A stretch of 64,000 nucleotides of DNA from Catajapyx aquilonaris (taxonomy: Eukaryota): contig KZ538373.1 in NCBI GenBank assembly GCA_000934665.2, forward strand, positions 1 through 64,000. Reading direction: 5' to 3'. Position 1 is the first letter of the stretch. Each line of letters opens with the position of its first letter. The translations under genes and the position numbers were made by a program. Shown one piece after another: positions 53,026 to 64,000 of the stretch. The notes under the pieces were generated by a model. It ran no database searches, had not been told where the DNA came from, and saw nothing but the letters and a program-made list of their open reading frames with translations.

Positions 53026-54701
53026 ATGCTGGTCACCTCTGGATACCTGTAAGTTCCTCATGTCTCATTAATTACCATTTAGGCAAATATTATGCCTCCG
53101 TTCTGTCAAGGCCAGCCCATCCAAAGGCTCTTTGACAGTAACACTTGGCCAGTCCTTGACCGACTTATGAGTTCATGTACAAAATGTGCTTCAAGATCAC
53201 ACTATTAATTAGTAGGGACATTGATATTAATTTTAATTTGATGCAGCAAGTGCAGTGTAGTAGCACTTCTAAGAATGATGGCAATCATGGTAGCAGATGC
53301 ACATGAAGAGATGATGCCACAAGAGTCGACAGATGTTCCTTCCATGGACTCTCAAGAGGGATTCTTGGTAGAGATGGAAGATTATGACAATCAAGTGGAT
53401 GCAGTTAGCAGGTGGGGAACCTGGCAGTCAGCCAACGTGTGGCCACGGGCACCACCTCACACAAGATACTCTCTTTCAGACAAGAATATCTGGAGTGTCC
53501 CTCCGATTCAGTCTTCAAGACACGCAACAGATGCCAACGTAATGGCCAGTGGGTTGACTGCACTGTTAGCCACTGCTGCCCAGGATACGTGATACTGGCA
53601 GGTCGGTGCGTCAACATCAACAGTGACCCATGCTCCACCATAAACTTGTGCGAGCAGAACTGTGAGGTGTTGTTTGGTCGAATGGTGTGCACCTGCCGCT
53701 CGGGGTACCGCTTCAACCGGACCAACTTTGCCATGGGGGTCAGACCTGTCTGTCTGGACATAAACGAGTGCCATGAGGGGCTGCATGGATGTGACCACAC
53801 TTGCAGTAACATTGAGGGTGGTTATGAGTGTGGATGCAATGAGGGTTACAGGCTGGATGAGGACAACTCTACATGTGTTGAGGACAAAGCAGAAGAGAGC
53901 AACGGTGCAGTCGAGGTGGGAGAGGCAGCTTATCGCCACAAGAGTTACGGGGAAGGGAGGCCTGTTTGTAAGGCATCATGTCACAGCGTAGTTAAGATGC
54001 AGGAAAGGGTCAGGAAGTTGGAAGAGAAGGTGAGCCATCACACTCTTGTGCCTTTCTTGCATTTATGTGTCTGTTCTGCAACAGGTAGCTGCCTTAACAA
54101 CAGCCATACGCTTGTACAGCTTGGCCGCAGGACCTCCAGGTCCTACAGGCCCTCCTGGATCCCCTGGTGTGATTGGACCCAGAGGATTCCCAGGTGAATT
54201 AGTTTATGCACATCCTGTATAGCTCACAATCATTGAATGATGCTGTAAATCATCACAGGAGCTGATGGTGGCCGCACCAACACATGGCCATTGACAGACA
54301 ATGAGCTGAAAGATGAAGACTACGACTCGTATCAAGTCTACAAAAGAGAAGGCAAGAGGCATTATTGCAGATGTCAAAGGGGTCCAATTGTAAGTAATCC
54401 AAGACAAGGAGTCAATACTGTTCCAAACATCTGTGCACAGCATGATCTCCTTCAGGGTGAGGTGGGCCCTGCAGGCCGCATGGGTGAAAAGGGCCACAGT
54501 GGTGAGACCGGCTCAAAAGGGCAGAAGGGGGATCCGGGAGGAGTGGACTCTCTTCTCCTGCTGTTGGCCGACCTCCGACTCGATGTGGATCTCTTGCAGC
54601 AGCGGGTTTTTGGCAAGGAAGGTCCTCCCTCACACTCCATATCCTTGGCTTTCAGGGAGAAGCCTCTGATTGACGATTTCGGATCAGGAGACGGAGAGTG
54701 A
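53026..54701 (+). CDS. CCBE1: Collagen and calcium-binding EGF domain protein 1-like
   Basis: Signal-like N-terminus, CCPGY domain, EGF plus cbEGF (DINEC...CSNIEGGYEC), coiled coil and two Gly-X-Y blocks. C-terminal LLLLLADLRLDVDLLQQRVFG and DFGSGD resemble the vertebrate CCBE1 tail. Confidence 0.85.
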
Positions 54702-55075
54702 CACATGTCACTTTACGGAACTCTGAAAGAACTAGGATCACATGCTTCTCTTTCAGTCAGCCTAAGGCTCGAGAAGGGTAATGAGTAACTGAACAAAGCC
54801 TTCTGAGGATCTCTCTAGATTATGACCCATGCTTTCAAACCTAAGTTATGCATATCCTGTCCGCAGTAACAAAACTACATGTTGTAACAGTAATACCCTG
54901 CATTTTAATGAGAATTCCCACGAAAACAAATAAATGAAATCTGCCATATTACAATTCCCCGTTTCTTTATTATCGTTCATACTCTACCATACCTCATTCA
55001 CATTGTTCCCGCAGCACGCAAATATACCTATTGTCGCTTGCTCTGGTCCAGCGTTTATTATCTTGCATATGCAAA

Positions 55076-58000
55076 TTATTGCTGGCATGATAGTCCCTGC
55101 ATTGCCGAGCTGGGAAGGTCCAGAAAGGCCCTGGCCTGCTGCATGGTCTCCACGTCCACTGTGCCCAGCAGTTCCTGGAAGTGGGCCGGTCCCATCTGGT
55201 CCTGAAGCCTCCTCACCTGCTCCTGGAAGCAGCTCTGGAGTGCCACTGTGTGCACAGGGTCCATCAGAACCAGCTGGCGACTTCGGCGATCGCAGGCACT
55301 CTCACCCTCCTCGGAATAGTCACCAGAGCTGATTGAAGTCAGCGAGGTCAGAAGAAGGCTGTCAATGCAAACGAGGTTAGATGAATGAATGCAATGAGCT
55401 ATAACGCCACAGTTGTCAGCTAAAAAAAGGGGCAACATACTCCTCTTCTCCACCAGTCCCATCAGTCTTTGCCACGTCATTGAGCACTTGTACTACAGCA
55501 AGCAAAACGCCACAGAATTTTTCCATTGCAGCCGGACACCTGGAGTCCATCAGAGCCAGCAGGCCCAGGGCCAGCAGCTTCCTCTGCTCTGTCTGCCACA
55601 CCTGCCCCATCCTGTCGATCCACACCTCCATCACCCTGTCAAGAGCCTGCTCGGCCCCGACACCCTCCCTGCACCCTGCCTCACCCACCGCCAAGTAAAA
55701 TGTCTCTGCAGAGCAGAGGGTCAGACGGGCCAGGACAGTCAGGTGCCGAGTCATGGTCTGGATTGGGATAGCAGGTGAAGCGGCATCAGCACCAAAAACG
55801 CACCGCAGAATGTAGGGCAAGATAGGGGCCCAGGTTTGAGGAGCAGTGGTGGGGGAAGCTCGGAGGGAGGTCTCCACCAGGTCAAGGATCACGTTCACTC
55901 CCTCAGGGCGAAGCTCCGAGATGAGGCCGCAGCAGGTTGCCACAAGAAGAGACCCATAGTGCTGCAATGTTGATAACGACTCAGTCAAGGTGAAATACCA
56001 ATCCAAAGATGCTTCCAACTCACCCCCAGTACCTCATCCGGCGCAAGCATCACGTATGCCCTTGCTATCTGCAGACAGGTCTTCAGGTTTTCCGAGGACA
56101 GTTCCAGCAAGGGTGGGAGGTTGGCAAATAGCTGCATAACGGGTGGGGTAAGTCCCTCCGTATTGTGCACTAGGGAGAGCCAGAGGTCCAGTCCGTCCTC
56201 CAGAAGGTACAAGTGGCTGCTTTGGCTCAGGTCGGTGCTCAGTTGGATCACAGAAATAAGGAAAGTGGAAGACAGGTGCGGATCCAGGGCAAACGGGCTG
56301 CCTGTAGGGCTACTGGTTGTGGCGGTTGTGGTCGAGCTCAGTGCTTCAATCAGTTGCCTGCAAATTACGCTATTAGTAGGAGCACTGGTGCGCTTCCTGG
56401 GATTGTGTCACTACCTGAGCGTGGTTAGAATGGCACATCGCAGCATGTTTAGCTGTGCTGACTCCTGCCACAGAGACTGAAGGTACTCGGTCAGGGAAGA
56501 TGCAAAAGGCCGCACAAATGCACCTACTCGTTCAATTATGAATGACATCACGTGGAGCACCTGCATCTGTTACATCGAAATGAGAGAGGGTGTTTAGGTA
56601 AAACGCTCACCCATGATGCTTGAAACTGAATAAAAACTTATACCGACCTTGCTGTCACACTCCTTAGCCTCTCTCAGCAGATTGTAAAGGAGACCAAAAA
56701 GTCCCTGGAAATAAGGCAGAAACTGCTCTCGATTGAACTCAAAGTCGTCCACAACCTGCTTCAGGGTGTTGGCTGCAGTCAGCCGGACCAGCATATCCTC
56801 GGAGGGGTGGAGGGCAGGAACCAGGCATTCGTACAAGGATGGCCTTAACTCAGGGGACATGTTCACTCCTGCCCATTCTCCCAGAAGCCACACGATGCGT
56901 GCTCGGAGGATGCGGTAGTTAGGCTCACCAATCTTCAGTTCCGTCATCAGACTGCTGGTGAACCACTTGTCAAAGTCAACCTGGAAAATGATGAAATGAG
57001 ACTTACGCATCCAACTGACTGGGAGCAACATTCATTTTGTGTTACAAAGAATATTCTGACATGTAAAAATCAAACCTACCTCATTATACAAATCAAATGC
57101 AGTAAGTCCTATGACATTGTAAATGGCATCCTTCCTGAGGATTTCGCTGAGGTCATCTGGAGGGACGGGAGCACTCTTGGACCTCATCAGTTCCAGCACT
57201 ACAGGAATCAGGACCTTCTGGAATATCTTGAATAGCTCGAGGAACAAGTCTTCTGTACACGGCTGGTGGAAACAAAAAAGAAAAGTGTTTGGAAAAGTTT
57301 TTACTCCCAAAATCATACTAAACTCACCCTAATATCACATTTAGATGATTCTCCTCCTTCAACAGTTGCTGTGGACAGACAATTTAATTGTGTTATTCCG
57401 CAGCGATGTCAATAGGTTAGAGTACATTTTGACGATACTCACCCAGCAGTTCTGGGTCACTATCCCACATCTCAAGGTCAGCCTTTGAGAATGGGAAGTA
57501 CTCAAACACAAGCTTCGTGGCAATGTCGATCACTCTCTCCGTTGTGAAAAACTGCGAAATTAGGTTCTGTGCCTCAAGTACTAATGGGTCCTTCACCTCT
57601 GTCAAAATTGCAACACAATTAAAAACGACAGTTCAATAGACACCTAATGACCAATTAACTTACCCCCAATGTACTTCCCAGGCTTGAACCTGTACTCGAC
57701 ACAGTCCAAAATCCCTTTCATCAGATTCATGCACTGGACGGTGAACCTCTCAAAGGTGAAGGCCTTTCCCTCTGGGGTGAAAATGTAATGGTACACAAAG
57801 TCAAGGGAGGGTCGGATGAAGCGGACATAGGAGAAGGGATGCTGCTCCAGGACCTCCAGGAGGACCTTCATCATTGAAGTGACACACTTCTCGCACAGGT
57901 CCTGAATGTGTTGGGAATACGGAGCAGCTTTCTTTCCTAGGGAGTTAGAAAGCAGAGCATTGAAGCTGTCACAGCCCGAATATCTTCAGGACTTACTGTA

Positions 58001-60335
58001 TTCAAGGATGAATCTGATCCTTTCAAAAATATGGCTTAGGAATAGCACAGTAACTTCAACCTCATGTGGCTTCTTAAAGCCACGTACAACCAGCTTCCGT
58101 AACACTTTGAGAGCCAGCAACCCCTTCTCCAAACTGGCTGTGTGGCCCACTCCGTTATTCCCTTCCTAAAATCCACATCAATATGAGACACGACCTGGGG
58201 CACCACAATGAGTGCATAGCTCACCTGCTGGAAGAATGTGTCAAGGTGAAGGTTCCAGACTGTAAGGATATACCCAAATACATTTTCGGCCAGCTCGCAA
58301 AAGACCCTCCTGTCACCGGTAAGCGTCTTGGAGGACAAAACCTTGACGACATGGTGAAGAATAAGCAGCGCACGATGTTGGCAGATCTCATTGTCAGATT
58401 TAAGAGCCTCGAGGAGCGTTGGGATCAGCTCTGGCCACTCACGAGGAAATTCAAGCCTACGGAGAAACAAAAGGTTAGAGCACATGTCGTATTCATTGCA
58501 AGCATTTCCATTACCTGGCAATCCTTGAGATCAGCACTGCCAACTGCACTGCTATCTGGTTCACTGGTTCCACTACATTTGAAATCAGTCCTTGCCTGAG
58601 AAAAGTCTTCTCAGCATCAGAAATCGCACTGGAAAAAAATATTGTCATTAGTTAATCTGGAGAGGTTGGCCCATGCTCTCAAACACTCACTTGGGTGCAT
58701 TCCGTCGCCAGTAGCGGTTGATCCCATTTTTGAAATACAAAACGGCCAGGCAGCGGACATGCTGGTCATTCGAATGGTTCGAAAATATGTTCTGAAATGC
58801 AGTAATATGCTGTAGAATTCAACAAGTTCATTAAGGCACATTTCTCAAAAAACAATGTTCATTGGCAGGATGCAAAAATATGTCAACATTCTGAGCTTAA
58901 CTGCAGTTAATCTCCGGGAGCCGTTCATTATAAATTGTAATTTCATTTCATCATTTTGGCGACAGTTTTCTGCCCTTCATATATCAGTACAAACTATGAA
59001 TCATTGATGATGCCATATTGCATCATGCCAGAATATAAAGAAAAGATTAGACGCCGCCTTTTCCTGGTGATTGGAAATTGTCAACAACCTGAATCTAAAT
59101 CACCTAACACTTTGCAGGGTCTCACATGAACCGTCAAGGCCATGCACATCAATGTCATTGAACATTACGCCATCAAATAATTTTGAAATGGTACAACACT
59201 GGAAAAAACCTCGGACAAGTATTCCTCCAGGTCATATCATGTTACCCCCAACTGACACGACCTGCAACTGTACCATCTATTATGCGGATCCTTGAATTTC
59301 ACACTTCACACAGGCTGTCGACAGTTTTGGTCTTTGGTCGCGTTGACGCCGTGGACCAATCATGACACATGTAAACGAGCTGTAACAATGTGTTGCTCTT
59401 GTTTACATGAGTCATGATTGGTCCGCGGTGTCAACGCGACCAAAGACCAAAACCGGCGGCGGCCTGTGTGTATTGGCCTCTATTTTCACACGAGCGCCGC
59501 CGCATAAATTAGGCGGCACTTCTGGCCGCACGTCTCGTGTGAACGGCTTCTTATTATTCAATGCAAACATGTGGCAGCGCCCTGCCCTGCCCACCACCAG
59601 CATTTCTGGCGGCACCTGGGCAGCACTGCCAACCACATGTGAATCCACTGCATCGCTGTTCACGATGCTAAAATTAGCATTGTCAACAGCAGTGCTTATT
59701 CGCACTGGTCCCAAGGTTGTGACAGAATTGTACTGCCCGCCTTGCTCTTCCCCGCCGGGAGATTGGCACCTGGGAGGTGCGGTGCGATTGGCACCACTTG
59801 CCGGCGGCGAGGAGGGGGGAAGCTGGAGTAACCTTTGACCTTTGAGGTCACAAGGTTGTGAGTTCAAACCCGGCCTAGGTCGGTGACTTTTCTCTAGGTG
59901 GTAGAAAAGTGAGAGTACGCCTTCCTTCGGAGGGGAAGTAAAGCCGTCTGTCCCGTGTGCTTGTGACATTGCGCGAGTGCACGTTAGAGATCCCCAGAGT
60001 GGCCAAACTTCCCGGAGGAGGACCACCCCCTGGCGTCGGTATTGAGCCGTAGAGGCCGACGTTAAGCCCCACTGAACCCAGTGCTTATTCGCCTACGCAT
60101 TTACGATGAAAGTGGGCCAGTCTGTTGTGTGCGGACATAAGTGAAGGAACAAGTGTCCTATCCATAGGGGACATGTCCAGTGTCGGTGTCCCCTCACCAG
60201 CAATACGGGGTAGAACCCAGGCAGCGACTCCCACTCCTGGAGCTTGGCCTCCGCCGGCTTGAGCAGCTCCACGTCCTGACTGGCCGCCTGCTGAAGGGTC
60301 TCCAGCACCAGGGAGTATGCCCCCTGAGATTCCAT
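55076..60335 (-). CDS. IPO11: Importin-11 (karyopherin beta family), multi-exon
   Basis: LKPAEAKLQEWESLPGFY, VLYFKNGINRYWRR, EFPREWPELIP, YLLEDGLDLW, RKLLALGL and C-terminal LMDPVHTVALQ. Confidence 0.95.
59324..59453. repeat. Palindrome with ~50-bp arms in IPO11 intron 1
   Basis: GTTTTGGTCTTTGGTCGCGTTGACGCCGTGGACCAATCATGACACATGTAAAC is mirrored by GTTTACATGAGTCATGATTGGTCCGCGGTGTCAACGCGACCAAAGACCAAAAC. Confidence 0.9.
59704..60078 (+). mobile_element. Longest copy of SINE family A (tRNA-type B-box, Nin/Deu-like core) with 14-bp TSD
   Basis: CAGTGCTTATTCGC at 59690-59703 and 60079-60092; B-box GAGTTCAAACCC; core CCTTCGGAGGGGAAGTAAAGCCG...GCACGTTAGAGATCCCC; tail GACGTTAAGCCCC. Confidence 0.88.
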
Positions 60336-60847
60336 CCGTCTCTATGCCCTTGCCCCCTCCGGGTCCTTGTCCTGCGGGCAGGCAGCACCCGGGGCCAAAC
60401 TCCGGTCGGCCTCAGCTAATCCGGAGGGAGACGTCTTTCCCCAACTCCGGTCAAATCGTTAATAAATCCGGGACGGGCAACGCCGCTCATCTGTTCCAGG
60501 AATTTCCCAACATGGCCGACAACAGCTGTGCTACTTGACCCCGTAACGGTTCCTTGATGGTTGGCTATAACAGCTACATTTGGACGCGACGCCATTTGCA
60601 CGAGGCGCGTCTCCGTCCTCTCTGGGGTGATTTGGAAGCGATTTGCGGTTCCAGCAACAGGGTCCCGCCCCGGTGTCTGCCCTTGGGTGGAATCTAGGAC
60701 GAGTGGTGGGTTAGGAACAGGTCGAAGATTGGGTGGAGGGGGGGAAGGGGGAGGGTGCGGGCCGCCCCTGGGCTGGGTGGCCCTCAGTTTGGTAAATCAC
60801 TGTTATTGGCGGGGATTTTGATTGTTTGCCCCCACTTTTCCAGAGAG

Positions 60848-63800
60848 ATGGCAGGCAAAGGGCTGCCGAAGATGGTCACGGTGTATCTGGCTGAAGGAGG
60901 GCCTGGACCAAGCGGGATGCTGCCCAAATGCAGGGTCAAATGTAAGGGCTAAAGTTGGATATGGTCGGTGTGGGTGTAATAATTGGGGTGTTTTTCAGCG
61001 TTTGCTAACTTACCGAAGCACTTGCAGTCGGGTCGGAGGGATGAGGATGACATCGCAATGGTGGATGACGTGGAGAATGATCCGGAGTACGAGCCAGAGG
61101 GTGAGCTGAAAGAAGTGTCGTCCGCAGGTTTGCAGCCGATTTGTGTGTTTTTAAGATTCAAAGTATTATAGCAGATACATTTTTTTCAGATGATTCGGAC
61201 ATCCCTGAAAATGACAGGCCTCGACAGAAAAGGCAGGACAACTCACCGGTGAAGAAGTCCGCAAGAATTGAGGCGAGACGAAGCTCCAGAGCTCCAAAGA
61301 GGAAAAAGCCCTTAACTGATGACGAAGATGACGATGACGATAAGGTTGTAAGTGACAGTTTGATAATTAAGTAGTCGCTTACAAGTCAGTAGCAATGTCA
61401 AAAGTTGAAACTATAGAGCTGATGTTCTCAAGCAAAATGTTCATCCAGATATGCCTGAATTATTTGTTGTTTAATCTTTAAAACATATTTCGTCTTTTTC
61501 AAAAAAAGAGAGATCAAAGTCGACATTTGCGTAAACGTCGTACGTGTAGGACGACAGGCATGTCTGGGTTAGTAAACATTTTAGGACAATTGTTTTAAAG
61601 ATTTGTACTATGTCCTCACTGAAGGCTGTGTCAAGTCCCTCAAGAAGGAAGTGGAGTATGGCGTGGGCACATTACCATGAAGTAAATAAGAATATTGCGA
61701 GGTGCAAGTACTGTCAGAAAATGATTTCATTCCGAACCACCCTCACAAACTTAAAGGCTCACATGATATCCCAGCATAAGGATGAATGGACGGCTGCGGA
61801 GCACGAATTGATAGAGGTTAGGCATACTTCTTTTAGGGAACCTCAGTGGGAGCATGTACATTGTGGATAACTTACATTTGTACTCCCATTTTTTCTTGTC
61901 AGTCTCAGCGGATGAGTGTGGAGCCGGCGACTAGAAGGAAACGGAGCATTTTATGGACCTATTTTCAACAAGTTGGTAATGGGACAGCCATCTGCAACTT
62001 GTGTGAAAAACGAGTCTCACACAAGACCACATCCTCGAACCTGAAGCGACACTTGCAGGTGAACCACCCAACCATCACTCTTGAGTCTGGAGGGAGATCC
62101 ACGTGTGCATCAGAAGCTTCAGGGCATGAGATCAGACGAGAACGAAGCCCCGAGTATGATGAAGAGGAGCCAGATGCAGGTCAATGATTTTCATGTCATA
62201 TAATATTTTACACATGGATATTTGTTATGTAGATGTCACGCTGTTGATTTGGTGAATTGAAGCATCATGTGATTTACTTGTCCAATAGAATCAATTGTGG
62301 AAGCGGAGTTTGATCCAGAGAATTCCCAGCAGCCAACCATCACGGCTTTCCAAGGGGACAGTGAAAATGGAAGCGATGAAATGCCAGATGAGGAGGTGAG
62401 AGGTCTTGTGGAAACATCACGATTTTAAATGCGCGGCATGTGCACATTAATTCCTTGCAGCAGTGAAGTGATTCCTGGTGTGTGCTTCTCTTCACAGATA
62501 ATCCCAGACGTGAAGACACCAGCAAGTACAAAGAAGAAACGGAGCTCCCTGTGGGATCACTTTACATCCAAGGGAAACCGCATGGCCACTTGCAAACGCT
62601 GCTCGAAGCTAATCTCTTACAAGACCACAACCTCCAACATGAAGCACCATTTGAAGACGAAGCACCCCGAAGTTGACCTAGACTTATCACTTGTCTCAGC
62701 AGATAGCCAGCCTGCTGCTTCGTCTGCAGGAAACAGTGCTACAAAAAGAGTCATCATCGCCACATCTTCAGTAATAAACCAGGTCAACAGGAAAAACATT
62801 GACCGCAGCCTGATGGAAATGTTCATAAAAAACAATCAACCTTTCTCACTGCTGAAGTCGGAGAATTTCATCAAGTTCACAATCTCGTTGAACCCAAACT
62901 ACATTCCGCCATCCATGAAGCACATGACTAGAACAGTACTTCCTGCCCTGTACAAAGAGTATGTCATACAGGTCAGGTCAAAGATGCTACAAGCCACAAG
63001 AGCTTGTGTGACGGCGGATTGCTGTGACGTCGGTACTGAACGTCTGATCAGCGTCATGGCACATTACAATGACGAGAGCTTGGAAACGCACCATGTGCTG
63101 CTCGAGTGTTCGGCATTGGGTGACTTTGAAGCATGTTTTGTTGTGGCTCGAATCATGCAAGAGTGGGGATTAGACAGCAACACGGAGAGAAAGGCTTCCT
63201 TGCTGGTTACCGGTGCAGGCTTGGCTGGAGCCGAGATCAGCAACACAAGTCGGTTTGAGTGCCTGTCGTACCTGCTGGATGCAATTGTTGTGCATTCACT
63301 TGAACAGCATGCCAAGATACTGCTTGAGCAAATTAGAGCCATGGCAGACTATTTTGGGAAGAATCCGCTAGAAGAGCAGAAATCAAAGGTATGTTGGTTG
63401 TCTGAACAAGTCAAGAGTAACGAGTAATAATTCGGCACCTTGGTTGTTCCACAGGATGCGGATGTGAAACTGCTCACCCGAGATGTGGACACCCAGTGGC
63501 CCACGACCCTGCAGATGTTGCAACAGTTTGTGGAACTTGAGAACAGCATCAGAGCTGTGATTATATCAGTGTCTGAGACAGATTTTCAAGCAGCTCGTGA
63601 ATTAATTGAGATCCTGATACCGTGGGAGGAAGTGTCTGAAAAGCTGAAGAGCGATTACGTGTTGGGGGCAATGGTGGTCGTATACACAGAGGGTCTCCTG
63701 GACCACTGCAACGAGTTGAGCTGCAGACCCCGTGAAATTCTGTCAGCCACCGTCCTGGCCACGCTGACAGCGGAACTGAAGGCCTTGCTGAAAAATGTGG

Positions 63801-64000
63801 AAGACGAGGGCAGCCTAGGTCTGGCCACATTGCTGGATCCGAGGTTCAAGACACTGGGATTTCAGGACAGCGGACATGCCCGGACCGTCAGGAGTCGCCT
63901 GGAGAAAATCCTGGTTGAGCAGGATCCAGGGAGAAGCGAGGCGTCACCTGTGAAGACGCCATTGCCAGGCCGACCCATCACAGGGCTATCCATCCTTTCC
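60848..64000 (+). CDS. Multi-BED zinc finger protein with degenerate hAT transposase domain (ZBED-like), truncated by the window end
   Basis: Spliced gene with an acidic N-terminus and three BED fingers (AWAHY..CKYC..H, LWTYF..CNLC..H, LWDHF..CKRC..H). hAT-type QPFSLL..F..F...LNPNY.PPS and ATLLDPRFK follow. Confidence 0.85.

Noticed and set aside
59412..60026. 204-aa minus-strand ORF with similarity to the ORF at 43096
   Set aside because: The shared peptide is simply the translation of the same SINE family in an intron or intergenic region.

Overview
Eukaryotic animal genomic DNA, most likely an arthropod (inferred from a SLIMP-type gene, a cuticle-protein-style gene layout and arthropod-type SINEs). 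It is not prokaryotic, so most of the ORF track is exon fragments or noise. The first ~12.5 kb is gene-free and repeat-rich. The rest is gene-dense with mostly short GT-AG introns. In order: RGM, PSMC3, two tandem MGST1 paralogues, RABGGTB, an mpaB/DUF2236-type oxygenase-fold gene, an SHB/SHF-like SH2 adaptor, TMEM221/Jiraiya, a PDSS1-like prenyltransferase, ENL/AF9, a deleted PDSS pseudocopy, SLIMP, ZNF593/Bud20, a secreted Tyr-rich repeat protein, CCBE1, importin-11 and a multi-BED-finger hAT-derived gene running off the right end. Mobile elements include two tRNA-derived SINE families with visible target-site duplications, MITEs/foldbacks and a shared retroelement 3' tail. The most notable observations are: (i) ZNF593 and SLIMP are 24 nt apart and in frame, with a 5-codon mini-ORF between them (candidate dicistronic or operon-like unit); (ii) a mosaic duplication around the PDSS pseudocopy; (iii) a SINE with an unusual structured leader; (iv) an apparently domesticated, catalytically degenerate hAT transposase; (v) an oxygenase-fold protein lacking its usual His. 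Exon boundaries were read by eye and no database searches were run.
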